A program made the position numbers and the translations under genes. 64,000 nucleotides of DNA from Chiloscyllium plagiosum (taxonomy: Eukaryota), in the NCBI RefSeq assembly GCF_004010195.1, contig NC_057758.1:747029-811028 (forward strand), written 5' to 3'. This document shows positions 60,210 to 64,000 of the stretch, one piece after another (positions within the stretch are counted from its first letter, which is position 1; every line of letters starts with the position of its first letter). A model generated the notes under the pieces. That model did no database searches and was not told where the DNA came from. It was given only the letters and a program-made list of their open reading frames with translations.

Positions 60210-61100
60210 CACACACATGCCATTTGACATCACATAGAGGGGCAAAGTCTCAAAATTAAGAAGCATTCATTTAAGACGAACATGGTCAGCGATTGGGGGA
60301 CTGAAGTACTAGGGTCACGAGTTCAAGGTGAGAGGGAAACATTTTAGGGGATTTATGCGTGGAAAGTCCTTTATGCAGAGCCTGGTGAGTGCCTGGAATG
60401 CGTTGCCCATGGGAGTTGGTCGAGGTGGTAACAAAAGCATCGTTTAAGATGCTTCTAGGTTGATACATGAATGGGCAGGGAGCAGAGGGATACAGAACCT
60501 TCGAAAATAGGCGACAGAACTAGATGGAGAACTTGGATCGGTGCAGGCTTGGAGGGGTTGAGGGCCTATTCTTGTGCTCTAATTTTCTTTGTTCGTTTTT
60601 CTTTGTACGATGATGCATTGTTTCTCTCACGATTTCTTTACTTTAAAAATCATTGTTTCAGAGATACAGTCGTCAGAGCACATGTGCACATTTAAATCAT
60701 ACCGGCATTAAAATGCTAATCTCATTCAATATCCAAGCATGCTTCGTTAAGAAGAGACTTACTGGACTCAAAATCATACGAGACAGATAAACAAGAAGGC
60801 ATTTAATGGAACAGAGGGATGTTGGAGGTTAGGTTCACGATTTTCTGAAATTGAAATCAAAGGGAGAGAGGACAATGAAGAAGGATACTGTCACGAAGGG
60901 AATTGAGTATAGTATTTGGGTAGTCCAACCGCAATTGTAAAGGACTTTGGTGGGGTTGCTCTTAGCATATTGAATTCGTTTTCATCACATCGCGAACAGA
61001 AGGATGTCATTAAAATGGAAACAGTGCAGATGAAATTTACGAAGTTTCCAGAACGCAACAGTCAGAGTTATCGGGAGAGATTGGACAATGTAGAACATTT
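60210..61100 (+). mobile_element. CR1 LINE 3' fragments
   Basis: TRGHEFKVRG..FRG..WNALP and DVIKMETVQMKFTK motifs. Confidence 0.7.
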
Positions 61101-61119
61101 TTCTTAATTGTGTATGAGA

Positions 61120-64000
61120 CTGAGAGAAGTGGGAGCTCACGGACAAAGCTATATCCTTGCTTCTTTCACGTGCAGCATATGTGTTCAGATGCAGCATTTG
61201 TCAGGCTGCATGACTGCTCTGGAGCTGCAGATGAACTCACCCTGAGGCATCCGCAATACTGAGGGGGTCGTAGATTACACGTTTCATAAATTGGTCACCC
61301 CACAGATTAGGATTGCTGAAGGACAGTATAATGAATGACCAAAAGCCATTAGAAAGGCAACACAAGTGTCCCCTGCGTTCATCTCCTTCCAAAATATGTG
61401 TACGGCTTTGCACATTGTCGGGGATGATGGCTCACCAGGGGAAGTTCGCAGAAGCTCGGTTCCCGTAGCTTTAGATAGTTCTGCTGTTCAGAGGAATGGG
61501 AAAAAACAGTAGAAGGGCCATTATCATAGGGGATTCAATTGTTAGTGAAGTAGATACGCGGTTCTGCTTTTGACACAGAGGCTCCTGAATGTTATGTTGC
61601 ATCCGAGGTGCACAGGCCAGAACTGTCTCAGATCGGCTGCAGAACGTTCTCAAGATCAGCCAGTTGTCATGGTGCATATTAGCATCAAAGATAAAGGTTA
61701 AAAAAGCAAAACAAAACAGGACGAAGTCCTACAAGCAGATTTTAGGGCGTTAGAAACAAATTAAAAGGTAGGAGCTCAGTGGCAGTATTCTCAGGACGCT
61801 TCCAGTGCCCCGTGCAAGTCAGAGAAGGATTGAAAGAATAGCCAGGATCTATGGGTGGCTTGACAGAAGGTGCAGGTATTAGGGTTTCAGATGTTTGGTA
61901 GAAGGGTTCTAGTTCAGGAGGAGGTGGAGCTATTACGCATTGGACGTTTGGACCTGTGTCATACAGGCATCAATGTCCTTGGGGTACCTTTGATAATACT
62001 TTTGGGGAGGATTTAAGCTGATGTGGTAGGGGGGATGGGAACCAGCTGAGGAGATTAGTGGACAGTAAGGAGGGAGTAAATAAAGCCTCTAAGCAATTAG
62101 ATCATGAAGTCTGCGTGACTAAACGGAATAGTAGGCAGAGAGCACATGATAAACGCAAAGGGACTGGTTGGCAGAGGTGCATTTATTATAATGCAAGAAG
62201 TTTAGCTGGTAAGACCGATGAACCTATGGCCTGGATGAGTACTTGGATGTTTGATGTTTTAGCTATTAGTGCAATTTGGTTGAGGGAGGGGCATGACTGG
62301 TAGCTAAATATCCCAGAATCTCAAGATATTGGTGCCTCAGGTGGGATCTAGAGGTAGGTAAAAGGGGTGGAGAAGATTCATTACTGGTCAAAGAGGATAT
62401 CATAGCTGTGCTGAAGGAGGGCATGATGGAAGACTCAAGCAAAGAGGCAAAATTGGCAGAGCTCAGAGAGATCAAGGGTGTGCTAAAAATTTTGAGGCTG
62501 TCCTACAGTCCTCCCAACATTGACAGAGGTACAGAAATGTAAACAGGCTATGGAAAGATGTGATCGTGATAGGAGATTTTAATATTCCCAACACTGACTG
62601 GGGTTCACTTCGTGGAATCTGGATCCAGATGGAACAGAATTGGTAGGAGCATCCAGGAAGCGTTTTCTCGAGCAACATGTAAATAGTCCAACTCGGCAAT
62701 GGTCTGTAACTGGACCTAAAGTTGGGGAATGAGCCCGGCCAGTTGGTTGAGGTTTCAGTCGTGGATTACATTGGAAATAGTGATTACAGTTCCGTATGTT
62801 TTAGAAACTTTTTGACAAAAACGTGTGTTGCTGAACAAAGAGACCTTGGAGTGCAGGTTCATAGCTCCTTGAAAGTGGAGTCGCAGTAGATAGGATAGTG
62901 AAGAAGGCGTTTGGATGCTTTCCTTTATTGGTCAGAGGATTGAGTACAGCACTTGGGAGGTCATGTTGGGGCTGTACAGGACATTGCTTAGGTCACTGTT
63001 GGAATATTGCGTGCAATTCTAGTCTCCTTCCTATCCGAAAGATGTTGTGAAACTTGGAAGGGTTCAGAAAAGATTTACAAAGATGCTGCCAGGGTTGGAG
63101 CATCTGAGCTACAGGAAGTGGCTGAACATTTTGGGGCAGGTTTCCCTGGAGCGTCGGAGGCTGAGGAGCGACCTTATAGATGTTTACAAAATTATGACGG
63201 GCATGGATAGGGTAAATAGACAAAGTCTTTTCCCTGTGGTCGGGGAGTCTCGAACTGGAGGGCATAGGTTTAGGGTGAGAGGGAAAAGATATAAAAAAGA
63301 CCTAAGGGGCAACATTTTCACACAAAGGATGGTACGTGTATGGAATGAGCTGCCAGAGGATGTGGTGGAGGCTGGAACAATTGCAACATTTAGGAGGCAT
63401 TTGGAAGGCTGTATGAATAAAAAGGGTTTGAAGGGATATGGGCCGTGTGCTGGCAGCTGGGACTAGATTGGGTTAGGATATCTGGTCGGCATTGGACGGG
63501 TTGGACCGAAGGGTCTGTATCCATGCTGTACGTCTCTATGACTCTGACTTTAAGAGTGCTAAATTGAGGGAAGGCCAACTATGCCAAAATTCAGCAGCAG
63601 CTGGGAGATGTAGATTGATCAGAAAGTTGGCAGGTCATGTTGCTGGCGTACAAGACTTTGGTTTGGTCACATTTGGAATACTGCATAGATTTCTGATCGC
63701 AACAGTAACAACTGGATGTGGATGAATTAGAGATGGTGAAAAAGACGTTTAAAAGGATGTGTCTTGGTATGAATGTTGCGAGCTATGAAATCAGGTTGAG
63801 CAGATTTGGATTATTATCGTCAGAAAGATTCATGTTGGGGGGGATCCTGATTAAGGTCTAGAAACTTACGAGAAGTATGGACAGAGCCAATAACAAGTAG
63901 TCATTTTTTCAAAGCTTCGGGGACGCAATTACGCGGAGTCACGGTTTCAACATGAGGGGAGAGGGGGAAACCTAGGGGAGATATGCGTGAAAAACTCTTT
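61120..64000 (+). mobile_element. CR1/HER1 LINE fragments (ORF1 and APE 61120-62810; 3' end 62830-63548; older copy to the window end)
   Basis: CIYYNARSL..FDVLAIS (APE), ORF 63047-63466 (ORF2 C-terminus) and CTATGACT tail. Confidence 0.82.

Noticed and set aside
60690..60810. First exon of the GPCR (GTAAGT donor near 60760)
   Set aside because: The upstream sequence does not encode a TM1-like hydrophobic segment.

Overview
Repeat-rich vertebrate genomic DNA, most likely a shark. The inference rests on the HER1/CR1-type LINEs, HE1-type tRNA-derived SINEs, Penelope-like elements and a GPR139/142-like GPCR. Most long ORFs in the track are LINE fragments or artefacts of tandem arrays, and there is a 500-N gap at 33215-33714. 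The main hidden signal is on the minus strand at about 6-26 kb and is missed by the ORF track because it is spliced. It is a two-exon beta-defensin-like gene: TATA 14131-14137, signal-peptide exon 14018-14081, phase-1 intron filled by a CR1 LINE, mature-peptide exon 10164-10324 (CWDLGGTCRITLFQKNAELRSTNCIKSVKCC) and AATAAA 10058-10063. It lacks Cys3 and a canonical splice donor, so it may be a pseudogene. It is flanked by two apparently paralogous, damaged three-exon models of unknown family, which both start MRKF and share CQExQQTHL. The right half holds an ~11-kb diverged ~49-bp satellite, a Gmr1-type Gypsy remnant (integrase before RT), a ~45-bp tandem array and a GPCR exon with one in-frame stop. 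Several Penelope-associated minimal hammerhead ribozyme motifs are present. Repeat boundaries are approximate and all calls were made by eye.
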